From the NCBI GenBank assembly GCA_043228905.1, contig JBHGNT010000009.1:8928001-8992000 (forward strand): a stretch of DNA of 64,000 nucleotides, in the 5' to 3' direction. The translations under genes and the position numbers were made by a program. This stretch comes from Azolla caroliniana (lineage: Eukaryota > Plantae > Polypodiophyta). Below, in pieces: positions 22,465 to 37,427 of the stretch (the first letter of the stretch is position 1; each line of letters begins with the position of its first letter). The notes below the pieces were generated by a model. It saw only the letters and a program-made list of their open reading frames with translations. It searched no databases and had not been told where the DNA came from.

Positions 22465-25400
22465 TGTTGAGAGACAAGCTCAACATCGGCCGGATCGGCT
22501 GAAGAAGCCGAGGACCGGATCGGTTGGGACCGATCGGTTAGGCCGAGTGTGTAAACCGGGAGTTCGTTAGGAAGTGCGTAAACCGGGAGGTCGTTAGGAA
22601 AGATATTCCGTGAGGAATATATTTGGGAGTTAGTGTAGGAGCTCTTGATGAGCATTGAAGTACTGTCAGTACTTCGGTCAGTCCTTCTAGGACTTGTATA
22701 AAAGTGTTCACTGACCACGTCTTATGTACAGACTGAGTATTATTGTTGAACATATTTTTTTGTGTCTTCTCTCTCACTCTCTCTGTCTCTCCTGCGTATA
22801 CCGTGTAAGCACAAGCTCTCCATTGAACTTGAGTTTCCTTCCTTTTGTTCGGTCTTCATACCTGTTTCCGCACGCTGCTTTCTACATGGTATCAGAGCGC
22901 GAGGGTTGAGAACCTCTCTGAAGCCGACAGAGCTCGCTTCCAACAGAGAAGCTCGACATAACCAACTACGCGTCTTGGTCCTACAAGATGCACCAGTACC
23001 TGCTCGGGCACGGCTACTGGAGTTATGTCGAAGGAGCTAATGACGCGGCACCCGAATCGACACACTGAGACTTCCCGTCGTGGGAGCAATCGGCGAGCAG
23101 GGTATTGTACTGCTTCGAATAGTGTGTGGGCGAACAACTATTGAGCTATGTTCGGGATGCAAAGACGCCGAAGGGTGCGTGGGAAAATCTGAAGAAGATT
23201 TTCGCCGCGAGCACCACAGCCAGGAAGCTTTAGCTCCGACAGGAGTTGAGCAACCTACGACAACGCGACTTGTCGGTGGCGGACTATACCTCAAAGATCA
23301 AGGATATCTGCGACTCCCTCGCCTCCATAGAGGTGAACATGGAGGAGAGCGAGACGGTCCAGATCTGTCTCAGAGGTTTGGCGTTGAGCGTTCCGAACGA
23401 CTGTGTGTACTTGGGAGAATACGCCGTCCTTTTTCGACTTACAGTCGATGCTCCTGGTAGAGGAGAACCACGTGGGTGCGTCTACAAGCACGCACACCGA
23501 CAGCAGAATGTTGTACACGGAGGGAGATAGGCCCCGTGGATGTGGAGGACGAGGCGAGTTGGCACGCAATGGAGGCGGCCGACGAGATCAAGAAAGAAGG
23601 CACCGAAGTGATGCCGACAGCAACTCCGGACCCTCCGGAAACAGGGGGAGTCGAAGCGATGAGAACCAGCAAGGGAAGTCCATCGCGGAGTGCTGGTACT
23701 GTGGCAAGAAAGGCCACAAGGAAAGTGAGTGCTGGAAGAAGCGCGCCGATTTGGAGAGAACTGGTTCCGGGAACGGCTCCAGACATACCGACAAGGGAAA
23801 TCGGCAGCGATCGCACTACGCCGAAGACTCCGGGAGAGCCGGAGAAGGGACTACCTTCGTGACGAGACACGAAGCAAACTCAATGAAGCAGACCACCCCA
23901 AGATCGGACGAGGTGTGGTACGTAGACTCCGGCGCGTCAAACCACATGACGAGCCATAAGGAGTGGTTCTTGTACCTTGAAAAACCGATACAACCTGGAG
24001 TAGTCGCAATGGGGAGACGACATTCCGCATCCGATCGCGAATGTCGGAGAAGTTCCCCTTAGCCATGTCGGGCAGAAAGGGAAACTCATGAACGTGCTAC
24101 ATGTTCCGACAATCACGAAAAACTTGGTCTCGGTCGGACAGATCGTCGACCAAGGGATGGAGGTTTGGTTTACACACCTCGGGTGCTTCATTGAAGAAGA
24201 AGGCCGTGTGATTGTGCAAGGGCGCAGAGACGGGAGGATGTTCATCCTCGATTCCACTGACGGCGGCCGCACCGCAATGTTCGCAAAGGGACAAAAAGCC
24301 GAGTCGGACGTCGACTTGTGGCACAAGCGGATAGGCCACGTCAACTACTAGCGGCTTCAAGATCTGCAATCAAAACAGGTAGTGTTCGGATTGCCCAAAT
24401 TTAGTGGCCAAAAGGCACAAGTTTGTGAAGCCTGCCAGCTCGGGAAGCAACACCGACTTCCTTTCTCAAACGAGCGAAACAGGAGCCGGAACAAGCTCGA
24501 CCTTATACACTCCGATGTGTGGGGGCCGGCACAAAACGTTAGCCTTGGCGGGAGCCGATATTTTGTCTCCTTCATCGACGACCACACGCGGCACATGTGG
24601 ATCTACCTCATTGAGAGGAAGAGCAAAGTCTTCGACTGTTTCCGTGACCTCAAAGGGTGGAAACGGAAACGGGCCGAAAGATCAAGTGCCTGCGGTCGGA
24701 TGACGGGAAAGAGTACTTTCCGGTCAATTCAACGGTTACCTACAACAAATGGGAATTCGGCGCGAATTCAGTTGTAGATACACGCCGGAGCAGAACGGCG
24801 TGGCAGAGAGAAAGAATCGGTCGATTGTGGAAGCGACACGGGCACTGCTGGAGGAGAAGAGCTTGCCCAAGTTCTACTGGGCCGAGGCGGTATACATCCA
24901 AAACCGGATCAGAGACAAAGTGTTGGCGCACGAGCTATATTTCGGAACGAAGCCGAACTTGCGACACTTGAGGGTGTTCGGTAGCATTGCGTATGTGCAT
25001 GTACCGAAGGAGAAAAGGAGGAAGCTGGACGCAAAGGCTGAGAAATGCATCTTGGTCGGTTACTCGGACGAGCAGAAGGGTTATAAGTGCTATAACCCTC
25101 GCACCAAACAAGCGCGTGTCAGCCGCGATGTTGTGTTTGACGAGTCCGCGTCCTGGTACCTGCCCCCGACTACGAACCTCAACTCCAATCCGAGCTCTGA
25201 CGATGAGGTTAGTGAGGCCGAGATGCCTCCGGATGAGCCCGAAATCGAGACCCGCGAAGAGAGTCCGATTTCACTCCGGTTAAGTGGACCGATTGGACGA
25301 CTGAGTCGGTACGACCAGTCCGATGATGAGCCGGCGAGTAGTGGAGACTCGGCCGTGCATTCCCCGCACAGGAAGCCGAGGAGACGGCTTACGCGCAAAG

Positions 25401-28101
25401 AGAAAGGGAAGAAGAAAGTGTCGGATTCCGGCACGGAAAGGAACGAGTCAGACCGACGCGAGTCCGACTCCGAGGGAACCGGTGACAGGTCTTTAAAGGT
25501 GAAGGCCGCGTCGACTGAGAAGGCCTCGACATCGGCTAATGTGAGATTACGCCGATCTACCCGCCAGAAGAATCATGTTTTGCGGTTCGGATACAACGAG
25601 TACATGGCGCATCATTATGCGTACATGACCCGTGTAGCGGAAGTGCGTGAGCTGGAGAGCTACGCAGAAGCAGCGAAGGACGCGAATTGGCGCGCCGCGA
25701 TCGAGGAAGAGATGCACGCATTGGCGGAGAACGAGACCTGGGACCTGGTTGACGCACTGAAGGGTGTGAAGCCGATCGGGTGTAGATGGGTGTACAAAGT
25801 CAAGTACAACACCGATGGCTCGGTCAACCGGTACAAGGCTCGGTTGGTGGCAAAGGGCTACGCGCAGAAACACGGCATCGACTACGATGAGACGTTTGCG
25901 CCGGTCGCGAAAATGACGACTGTCCGTGTTTTGTTCGCAGTAGCTGCGGCGAAGGGGTGGCACTTACATCAGATGGATGTAACGAATGAATTCCTGCAAG
26001 GTGACCTTGAGGAACAGGTGTACATGGTACAGCCCCCCGGATTTCACTCTGGTACGAACTCCTCGGCAGTATGCCGACTGAAGAAGTCCCTTTACGGGCT
26101 GAAGCAAGCCCCGCGTGCTTGGAACGCGAAGATCATGCAACAACTGCGTCGGATGGGCTTCGTCACGTCAAAATCGGACTCTTCCCTGTTCATCCGGAAA
26201 GGTCGACTCGGACCGGTTAGTATTCTACTATATGTTGATGACTTGGTCATCATTGACGCCGACCTAGGTGAGATCGACCGCGTGAAGCTCCAGCTTGCGG
26301 CATCGTTCGAGATGAAGGATCTGGGGGACCTTCATTACTTCCTCAGGATCGAAGTGATCCGTACCCCCGAAGGCATATTGATCAACCAACGTCATTACGT
26401 GCTGGGTATGCTCTTCAAACTCGGGATGACCGACTGTAAGTCTGTCTCGACTCCTCTGGACAGAACCGTCAAGCTTCGTCCCGATACGGGAAAGGTATGC
26501 GACCCGAGGAGGTTCCGACAAATTGTCGGAAGCCTCATATACTTGACCATCACCCAACCCGACCTTAGTTATCCGGTCGGGGTGATCAGTCAGTTCATGG
26601 CGCGACCTACCGAGGAGCACCTTCAGTGTGCGCAACGCGTACTGCGGTACGTAAGTGGCACTAAGGACCGAGGACTGCTATATCGGACCGGTGCAGCTGC
26701 GTAGTTAGTCAGCTACACCGATGCTGATTGGGCTGGCAACGCCGCCGATCGCCGATCCACATCTGGATATGCGTTCTCCCTCGGGAGTGCCGCAATCGCG
26801 TGGAGCAGTAAGAAGCAGCTGACAGTTGCACTGTCGAGCACCGAAGCCGAGTACCGAGGAGCGGCTGTCGCGACATGCGAAGCCATATGGTTGAAGCGGC
26901 TACTTAAGGACCTGCGAGAGGAGGTGTCCGATCCAACGACGATCTACTACGACAACCTCAGCAGCATCCAACTCGCGAAGAACCCCGTCTTCCACGCACG
27001 GACCAAGCACATTGAGGTGCACTACCATTTCGTCCGTGAGCGTGTCCTTTTCGATGAAGTTGAACTTCAGTACGTTTCGACGGATCGGCAGATTGCCGAC
27101 ATCTCCACCAAGCCTCTTGGTCTGGACAAGTTGCGGCAATTCTCAAGTGCGCTCGTTTTGTGTCACCTTGACGTGCCGAACTGGATGGGGAGAACAGTCC
27201 CGAACGACCAAGCAAGGCAGCAGGAAAGGAGCGGACACCGTGACACCGAGTCTGTTGACAAGTTTGACTTCGGATCGGCTGAAGAAGCCGAGGGCGGATC
27301 CGCGGAAAAATCCGGAAGCGGACAGAAGGGGAGCAACCAAAGGAGAGAGCCAAAGCCAACCATGCATGGGGAAGATAACGCCATCGAGGGCGAGAAGACC
27401 GAAGATGAGTTGGAGACAGCCAACTCGGACGAGAGCGAAGACTGATCGGAGGTAGCCCAGTCAGTTCGGATGTTTGATTCAGACACACTGAATCAACCGA
27501 GGCCCAAGCGGAAGAAAAGGCAGTAGAAGAAGCGTCAACACCGCAACAACAGAAGAGCTGATGAGGGCCACATGAGCAGACAAGCCGACCGGAAGGGTCG
27601 AAGCGCGTGGAGTCGAACAGGTCGAGGAGCGCGAGCGAGGCGAGAAGCTAGGAGGAACCGGTGTTGTGAAGATCCCGAAGAGCCTCAAGTTGAGCTTGAG
27701 GGGGAGTGTTGAGAGACAAGCTCAACATCGGCCGGATCGGCTGAAGAAGCCGAGGACCAGATCGGTTGGGACCGATCGGTTAGGCCGAGTGCGTAAACCG
27801 AGAGGTCGTTAGGAAAGATATTCCGTGAGGAATATATTTGGGAGTTAGTGTAGGAGCTCTTGATGAGCATTGAAGTACTGTCAGTACTTCGGTCAGTCCT
27901 TCTAGGACTTGTATAAAAGTGTTCACTAACCACGTCTTATGTACAGACTGAGTATTATTGTTGAACATATTTTTTTGTGTCTTCTCTCTCACTCTCTCTG
28001 TCTCTCCTGTGTATACCGTGTAAGCACAAGCTCTCCTTTGAACCTGAGTTTCCTTCCTTCTGTTCGGTCTTCATACCTGCTTTCGCACGCTGCTTTCTAC
28101 A
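22465..28101 (+). mobile_element. Ty1/copia element E
   Basis: LTRs 22465-22886 and 27707-28101; TSD TTTCT; iMet PBS 22887-22898; PPT GAGGGGGAG 27698-27706. Confidence 0.95.
22945..27445 (+). pseudogene. Copia E gag-pol, frameshifted
   Basis: NYASWSYKMHQYLLGHG; CWYCGKKGHKESEC; WYVDSGASNHM; INT/RT ORF 24749-26704 with YVDD; [18 protein letters not shown]. Confidence 0.88.
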
Positions 28102-29749
28102 TTTCTGATCAAGACTAATCGACTGTGGTGTTCTATATACCGACGATCAACAGAACCGGTTCAGGAAACAGAGAAGAAATCATCATGAATACTCAGATGG
28201 GAAGCACTCTTCAGATGGAGAAGCTTTACAAGACAAACTTCACATCTTGGGAGTACAAGATGTATTAGTACCTTGTCGGACAAGGATACTAGAGCTATAT
28301 TGAAGGAGCTCACGAAACACAGCCCAACCCAACACACTCTGACTATCCTGTTTGGGAGCAAGCTGCAAGCCATGTGTTGTATTGCCTTGCATCATGCATA
28401 CATGATCACATGCTCGGCTATATTTGAGAGACGAAAACGCCGAAAGAAGCGTGGGGCAATCTCAAGAAGATCTTCGTGGCCAATATGGCTGCCCGCAAGC
28501 TCCAACTTAGTCAGGACTTGAATGCCATTCAACAAAGGGACATGTCAATCGGCAGCTACGCCTTGAAGATCAAGGAACTGTGTGATGCCCTCGGGTCGAT
28601 CAATGTTGGCATTGATGACGAGGAAATGGTGCACATATGCCTCAGAGGCTTGGCACCTCGATTCAGCGCAATAAGGTCCGTCGTCCTTGCAAGAGAGAAT
28701 CCTCCCACCTTTTTCAATCTCTAGTCAATGTTGTTGGTCGAGAAAATTACGCCCGACAAAGGAGCAACGCACCAAAGGGTCAGATGCTCTACTCCCAGTC
28801 GAATGATAGAAGAAATTTTGTTCGTGGAAATAGAGGTCAATTCGGACAAGGCCGTCACGGTCAGTAGACCCAAGAGCATAACTCCCACCAAGGGCAAGTG
28901 GACAGAAACAATCCCAGAGAGTTCGGCAGAAGGGGGAATCATCACGCTGGACCAAGCAATCGTGATAACCCAATCAAATGTGGATATTGCGGAAAACTCG
29001 GTCACTATGAAGAGGAGTGGCGAAAGAAGAAGCGAAGTCGGCTTCAACCATCCAACAACTCACGAACTACGCATCGAATTCCGACTACGAAAATTGTTGC
29101 GGGAGGTTTAGGAATTATGCATCAAATTCCGACTACGAAGATCATAGCGGAATGTTCATGATTAGGCACAAAGTGCAGTCAATGGCGACACAAGGTGAAA
29201 CAAGCACCACACCCTTAGAGAATGTATGGTTTGTTGACTCGGGAGCATCCAACCACATGGCGTCTCATGAACATCCCAGATATGTCTAGACAGGCGGTGA
29301 CACGACTCATCCAATACAGCATATCGGGAACGTCTTGTGCGGAAACGACGGGAAACAAACCTACCTCAAGAACGTGCTGCATGTTCCTACCATCATGAAA
29401 AACCTGGTTTCGATTGGCCAGATTGTTGAACAAGGAATGCAAGTATGATTCAACAATGATGGGTGCTTTATCGAAAGAGGTGATCGAGTCGTAGCTCACG
29501 GCCGTTGTGAAGGCCGTATGTTTGTCCTCAAATCGAACGAGGTAAAATCGGCCATGTTTGCAAAGGGCCTCAAAGTCGAAAACGACCTAAACTTGTGGCA
29601 CAAGAGAATTGGCTACATCAACCTCCAGAAGCTTCAGAACGTGCAATCGAAAGGAGTCATAATCGAACTCCCGAACTTTACCACGAAGGAGATTACGGGC
29701 GTATGCGAAGCGTGCCAGCTCGGAAAGCAATGCCGACATCCATTCCTAA

Positions 29750-32700
29750 TGTCATGATGTTTTTGACACATAGTGCGAAACCACCCTCAAAAGAGAGTAA
29801 AGTATTCCAAATAAACTAATATTGCAAAGTCAACTTTTGTAATAAATGATGAAAAGATAGTAAGGTAGAAGTGGTTTTTCAAAAGTAGATAAAAATAGAA
29901 AAAGTAAGAGAAAAAAAAAACACAAGGCGTGGAATTAAGGAGCAAGGTAGAGAAAAAAGCTCATAATTTCCTCATTCGATGTCCAAATTAGACAAGAAAA
30001 TATCCATAAGAAAGCTAACTCAAAGGGCTTTCCAAAAAAAACATGTATGTCTAATTTGGACTTAAAAAAATAAAATAATGATAGAAATAAAGCGCGATTC
30101 ATATAGACAAGCTTTTGTTTAGGAGAAAAATAAAGCAAGCCATAGAAACCCTATAAATAAGAGCTATTCTTAAGAAGAAGGGGGGAGATGGATAGGGATT
30201 TGAAGAAGAAAAGATTTATGTTTCCTCTGTCATACTCTTAACCCTAAAGGGGGATATAAAAAAATCATGTATCAAAATAAGTCCATTATATGGATGATTT
30301 AGTAATAAAAACTTTCTATGTTTCCTCTCTCATACTCTCTTAATTTAAGTTTTGCTTACGTATAGATATAATTTAGTGCTATTCATACTCTCTTACTCTA
30401 AGCGTTCTTACTCATAAGCAAAATTAATCATTATTCGATCTTGCATATTCCCTTACTCGAAGATTTGTCTATGCATTAATATAATTAAGTATTATTCAAT
30501 TTCTCATACTATCTTACTCTTATTTGAGGGAAATATCTCGTCTTAAAACTTAAAGTGCATAAATCCTTAAGCCCTAAATCCTTCTAGTCCAGAACCCCGG
30601 CGGTTCCGCCTCACGATCCGCACTAGCTGGCGGATTTTCACGACATAATAAAGTGGTGAACCCGACGTGAAGACAGGTGGCAAGGAGATGGAGAATCAAC
30701 AAGAGGCGATGAACACGATGATGATGATGTTCAAGCGGATGCTACAAGAACAACGAGCGATGTCGGAGATCAGGACGACAATAAAGTGGCTCGTACAACG
30801 AAATGGACAATTCAACGGAAAAGATGTGGCACACTATCTACGTGACTACAAAGCGGAGATGATGCGATGTGGGATACCAGAAGGATTGCAAGTGATATCC
30901 TTTAGTTGGGTGGCCACGGATGAGGTACAAGAGAGAATCCACAAGATATGACAACAAAACCCGACATGGGGGTCCTTTGAAGAAGCCTTACGAGAGCGAT
31001 ATGACTATGAGAGACCTAAGGGACGAGATCAACGCGAGTTTGACCAATGGGTGGCATCAACGAAGATCCACCAAAGCGTGACACAAGCATTCCTAGAGTT
31101 CAAGCATCATTTTGCTTGACTCTCAGAGCGGGAACAAAGATTGGTGGGGGAGGATAAAGCCCTAATGTTTGTAAGATCGATTGATCGGAACGAAAGGATG
31201 GACATCGGGATCGAACTCGACGATGATGACGGTGCAAATGGTCTTACCGAGGATTGGGTTGAAGTCAAAAGAGTATGCTGAAGACATGATAAGAGGAAGA
31301 TGAGAATCTCATCGGCTACAACATGGCCTATAAGGGATGATCGATTGAGGATGAATGATGTGTCCGAAACGGATAAGACCGATGACTTGAGAGTGGTGAA
31401 CACCACTTCAAGGGTGGAAGAAGGTTTTGGGATACGAGTGTCCGAAACATCTAGAGAGAAAGTGGTAAGCATAATCGATGCTTGCATGATCGAGGGAGAT
31501 AAAGAGTGTGAGGCGGATGTGATTGAGGAGGTAGCCACGAAAGCTGACATCGAGTCGGAGGTGGCTATGAATGAGTCAATGGCGGATGGCCTACGTGAGA
31601 CTTTCCCAACACTAATTCTAGAGATTTCGGCGGTTGTGTTCGAAAGGTAACGTGAGACCGAAGAGACGGAAGGTGGTGGAGAGAAAACAAAGGTCGACGT
31701 CGATGCATACGACAGAGAGATAGCCGAGAAGGTGGCTATGGGTGAAATGACGGGGGATGGAAATACCGAGGATTCCTACCCACTAATTCTAAAGACTTCG
31801 GCGGTTGTGTCCAAGAACCAATGTGAGACCAGAGAGACGGGAGATGGCGGCAAGGAAGGTAAAGTCGGAAGCCGGTTCGGATGGAAGATGATTCGTCCGA
31901 AATCCCAATCTAAACGAAAGTCGAACCAAGCAGAAGTGGATTCGGCCGAAATCCGATCGGTCGAGCCCGACCCGGATAGAAATCGTTCTAGTCGGAATCT
32001 GATCGAACGAGACCGATCCGGACAGAAGTTAATCCAGTCCAACTGGAAGTCAAACCGGTTGAATCCGGTGAACACGAGGAAAAGAAAGCTAACACAGACC
32101 AAAATTGATTGATTGAACCTAACTCGGAAGGGCCGACTCAGTCGACAACGATCAACCGAGTCTGATTCAGCCGAATACAAATCCAATCGGAAGTCAATCC
32201 AACCGAAAGCCGATCAGACAAGACTAATCCAGAAAAAGGTCAAGGTTGAACACAAGAAAGAGGCAAGGAAAAGACACTACCACGGATGACAAGGGCCAAG
32301 CGGATTTGAAGGGTGTTACTAACGATGAGATCTCAACAAAGAAGGAAGGCTCTAACGGGAAGAACGTAAACACTAACGTGAGATTGTATGATGAGAGAGA
32401 ACGAAGAATATGGTGGATCGGATGGCGACAATGGTTCGGGTGGAAAGAATGGATGTGCTCAAAATGGAGAGACAAAGTCGACATAGTGGGACAAACAAAG
32501 GATATTACGGATGAAGAATAATGAGCTCCGACAATTTTGGCACATACCGGAGGATGTGCGGGTTCGGAGGGGGCGAGTGTCGTAGTGTATTTCGTACACT
32601 ATGTGAAAAACGTATAAAATAACCGATTAAATAAATATGAAGAAAAAGAAAGAAATATCAAAATATATATTACATGCATAGGGCAAAATTAGAACCTTGT

Positions 32701-33356
32701 ACCTCCATGTTAATAATTTGAAGTCTTAACCACTACACTAACACATCAAGAGTATAAAGCAAATATCCCACATAGAAAGGTTATTTCATGCATATTTTCT
32801 AGGAAAAAGCTTTAGTTAGAAGAAAAACGCATGATAGAAAAAAGCGACACATGCACGTTTAGCGTGTATGAACACTATAGTCCATAAAAACGCATGAGGT
32901 TAGAAAAAGCATAATCACTTTTAGAAGAAGCATAATAGAGAAAACATATAATCTATAGTTAGAGAAAAAGCATGGATTGCTAAGACTCTCTCATCACTAT
33001 ATAAGGATGGGGAGCACAATGTAATAAGGGTGTGAAATCTTTTGGAAATTGGATATATTTCTAATAACATCAATTAATAAATTATATTCCTGGGATTCAC
33101 GAAATAAACTATACTCGTGGGATTCACGAGGTTTCTATATCTATCTCTTTCAATCCAAATTCATAATCTTATCTTAATATTGATTAATCTAATAAAATAC
33201 ATTATACTCGTGGGATTCATGAGGTTTTTATATCTCTTTCTTATAATCTATTCATATTCATAACTAGATTAGCTTCAAATTCTTCCTCCTCCTAGTCCAA
33301 AACCCCGGCGGTTCCCACCCGACTCACGCAACGATCTGGCGCCGAAAGGCATGACA
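29750..33356 (+). mobile_element. Non-autonomous gag-only gypsy element F (tRNA-Trp PBS) with discordant LTRs
   Basis: LTR-like 29750-30645 and 32578-33356; PBS 30654-30671; PPT ~32567-32577; gag remnant GQFNGKDVAHYLRDYKAEM; no PR/RT/INT seen; 4-bp TSD CTAA/CCGA. Confidence 0.8.
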
Positions 33357-33577
33357 CCGATAGAGCAGAATGTGAGCAAAGGGATCCTGGATGTCATACA
33401 TTCAGATGTATGGGGTCCGGCCTAGACAACCACACTCGGCGGATGCCGATATTACGTCACATTCATCAACGACTTCTCCAGGCACTCCTAGATCTACCCG
33501 ATGAGACAGAAGAGCGAATTGTTTGGACACTTCCACAGGTTCAAAGCTGAAGTCGAAAAAACTATGGGTCGGCACGT

Positions 33578-34327
33578 TATCACGGAAATCCGTGTATGCG
33601 TGTCAGATAGGACGGAACCATGGGGGTCTTCGACTAAGGAGTAAGAGGAGGGAGAGAAGCTTGGGAGTTCAACCGAGAAGGAAGAGAAAGATTAAGATTC
33701 AAGAGAATAAGATCTAAACAAGACAAGATACATTATAGAAAGGACCACACCAATTACAATTGTGGCCGTGTAGGCCGAATGTAAACCCTCTAGATGAAAC
33801 TCTAATCGGATAGGGGAAAAGAAGAAGAAGACGAATGAAACCCCTAAAACGAGATCCTAAAATCCAAATTTCCAAAACCCTAATGGCAACCCAAAGAAAC
33901 CCAAAAAGTGGAATCCCATAAAAAATGGCCCCTCACTCCCTTTTATAGTAGTAAGGGGTGAGGCACATTACATAAAGACGAGGTCAAACCCCCCTTCTTT
34001 AAATGGGGGAATATTTGGCCTTAATCTTAGGAGGAGAGATTGATGGAGCCTTAACTCCCTCTCCTCACACACACACACTATGCCCACTACTCACTACACC
34101 CGTACTTCATGTACTCTCCCTTTAGTCTACATGTGCATGTGCACATAAGTGCACATCACATTTACACTTTATGAATCTTCGTAGTGCACTTTTAACACCT
34201 TACATTTACCCTTCCTTTTTTACATTTGTTTCTTTTACAAATCTTCCAAGTGCATGTGCAATGTTGCACATCCCCATTTTATCCATCCCACTTGGTTTTC
34301 TCACCATGGCCGAAAATCCGCACAACA
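33578..34327 (-). repeat. Solo LTR H
   Basis: 750-bp insertion in the D integrase (GRH|IRCLR); minus-strand termini TGTTGTG...GTGATA; TATA on minus strand; 4-bp TSD ACGT/ACAT. Confidence 0.7.
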
Positions 34328-36436
34328 ACATACGCTGCCTTCGATTAGATGGAGGCAAAGAATATTTCTCGGATGAGTTTACAGCGTATCTCCAAAAGGA
34401 AGGAATTCAACGAGAATTTTCATGCCGTCACACACCTCAGTAAAACGGCGTAGCCGAGCGGAAGAACCGACACATAGTAGAGGTTGCACGGGAAATGATG
34501 AACGAGAAGAACCTGCCGAAATCATACTGGGCAGAAGCGGTGAACACGGTTGTATACCTCATGAACAGGTGCACAATCTCGGCAGTACACGATGCAACCC
34601 CCCAGGAGAAGTTTCTTGGTAAGAAGCCGAACTTATCACATGTTCGTATTTTCGGCTCAATCGCTTATGTGCATATTCTCGATGATACGCGACAAAAGCT
34701 CGGCCCGAAGTCGGAGAAATGTATCCTCGTGGGGTACTCACTCGAACAGAAGGGGTACAAATGTTACAATCCATCTACCCGAAAAGTTCGAACAAGTTGA
34801 GATGTTGTTTTCGACGAGTGCGCATCCTGGTACACACTAGAGCCAACTTCGACTCCGACTCCGACTATGACTCCACTTGACCCGGAATATGCCGAAATAG
34901 AGGCAGAAGCCGAAGATCGACTCACACGAATGTTCGAAGAAAGCCTGATTACGACAAGGCTTAGTGGGCCACAAGAACCTCTGAGTGATCAAAGCACTTC
35001 TCGGCCGAGTTGGAAGCTAGACAAAGGGAAATTTTCCATGCCAGAGTATGAAGACGATCACTTCGACAGCAACGAATCGACTCACTCCCTCGATAGTGAG
35101 TTCGAAGGCCTCAACATCCGGACAAATGGAGCGAAGAAAGCCTTAGTATCCATGAACAAAAAGGTACGCCGATCCACCCGAGAAAAGAACCCCCTCGTAA
35201 GCCATTACGGCTACGACGAGTACATGACGTATCATTACGCCTTTATAATGAAGGTAGCGTCAGTACGGGAGCCGAAAACTCTTTCCGAAGCCGTAAAGGA
35301 TCTGCGATGGGTCGGCATGATAAATGAAGAAATGCAAGACCTATGCAAAAATGAGACATGGGATCTCGTTCCTCACACTCCACACAAGAAAGCGATTGGT
35401 TGCCGATGGATTTACAAAGTGAAACACAATGCCGACGGCTCCATAAATCGCTTCAAAGCACGGCTTGTTGTGAAAGGATATGCACAAATGCACAGAGTTG
35501 ACTACGAAGAGACCTTTGCCCCAATGGCAAAGATGACAACTATGTGAACCGTGGTTGCAATCACAGCAGCAAAAGGATGGAACCTCCATCAAGAACGCCT
35601 TCCTCCAAGGGGAACTGGAGGAGGAAGGGTACATGATCCAACCACTTGGCTTTGAATCACACCATCATTCGAATGCGGTGTGCTGACTCAAGAAGCCCCT
35701 CTATGGCCTCAAACAAGCACCGCGTGCGTGGAATTCGAAGATCATGTAGTATCTTCATCAAATCGTATTTTGGATGTCAAAATCGAATAATTCTCTGTAC
35801 ATCCGAAACGAGTCGGATATCCCAATTGTCATCATCCTATACGTGGATGATTTGGTCATTGGAGGAAAGGATCTCGCCGAGATTAACAAGGTCAAATCAC
35901 GTCTCTCCGGTAGATTCGAAATGAAAGACCTGCACGAGCTCCATTATTTCTTAGGCATCGAAGTAATTAGGACACCAATCATGAAAATGATCTCACAATG
36001 ACACTACATCCTCAACTTACTTTACAAGTTCAGCATGACGGAGTGCAATCCTGTGTCCACCCCGCTTGACCATAATCTCAAACTTGATGTTGATTCCGGA
36101 ACAACCGAGTGCGAGCCAACTCAGTATCGCCAATTGATTAGCAGACTCATTTACCTAACCATTACGTGACTCGACCTCAGCTATTTGGTCGGCCTACTTA
36201 GCCAATTCATGTAGAATCCGTGAAACCTTCATCTTGATTACGCTAAGAGGGTACTTCAATGCGCCAATGGTACGATGGATTATGGCATTAGATACAGGTC
36301 AAATATGATAATTCAACTCGAAGGGTACACAGACGAGGTGTCGCGTTATTACGCGCGTGCGTGTAGAAGGGCAGGACCACGGGGGTCTCGGACGAGAGAG
36401 GAAAGGATGCCAAGAAGCCAAAACACGAGAGAGAGA

Positions 36437-36482
<46 letters not shown>

Positions 36483-36781
36483 ATGTGCGCGCTACACTGA
36501 CTCTTATGCACGAAAACAAAAGGGGTGGAAACACCCGACACTACCAGAGACGCGGATGCGCACAACCAAGCATATATATATATATATATATATTACAATG
36601 GAAGAGATACAACCTCAGCTTCGAGCCGGACCAAGGTAGGTTACAACATCAGTTTGCTGCCAAGCCGCCGATCGGGGAGCTCTCGGGCTTGTCGCGCCGA
36701 GCTGGGTCTTGCACAGGGGACCAACCAGAAGCAAACCCTAAACAGACACAAACTCTCTACCCACGTGACGACGAAGAAGAA

Positions 36782-36858
<77 letters not shown>

Positions 36859-37427
36859 AGAAGAAGAAAGAAACTACCTAACCCTAAACCTAACGGTATA
36901 CCCTCCAACACAAAATGGGCAACTCCTCTACAAGGGACCATCCCTTCCTTTTATAGAACAAGGAGAGGGATGCATTACAATGTGGGATAAATCCCGATTT
37001 ACATGGGATTCTTTGTCTTGACTTGACTCCCACTCGGCACCATAAAGGCACCCCTATTATTCACACATTTATACAAGGGTGAGTGCACATGATGCAGTCC
37101 GCCGATTCTCTCGATATTCTCTGATTCTGCCTAGGGACGGTTTTCTCCACGACATCTGCCCCCACCTAACCACACATCGATGGCCTAAACACTATCCCAT
37201 TCCCATGCTTGCTTTGGCCCTCGATGGCCACACGCACGTCTTTTGTTCCGCTTTCGGGTGTGCCCCTTTCCGGCTCAGCACACCGCTCCTTAACAGGGTG
37301 TCCCCGACAGCTCATTGGAAGATCACCCTTGCCGCATCCTGGCCTGCATAGCCTCCTTTCACGCAATGCCTTGTTTGGTCGGTGCCTCTGTTGTTGCCGC
37401 CTTTGTCCCCTTGCCGCCACCTTCCAT

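Noticed and set aside
26891-27445. env-like ORF after RNase H in E
   Set aside because: A charged low-complexity extension with no transmembrane segment that overlaps LTR-derived sequence.
36275-37021. 248-aa ORF with poly-Glu and RE repeats
   Set aside because: Read-through from copia RT into the antisense LTR microsatellites.
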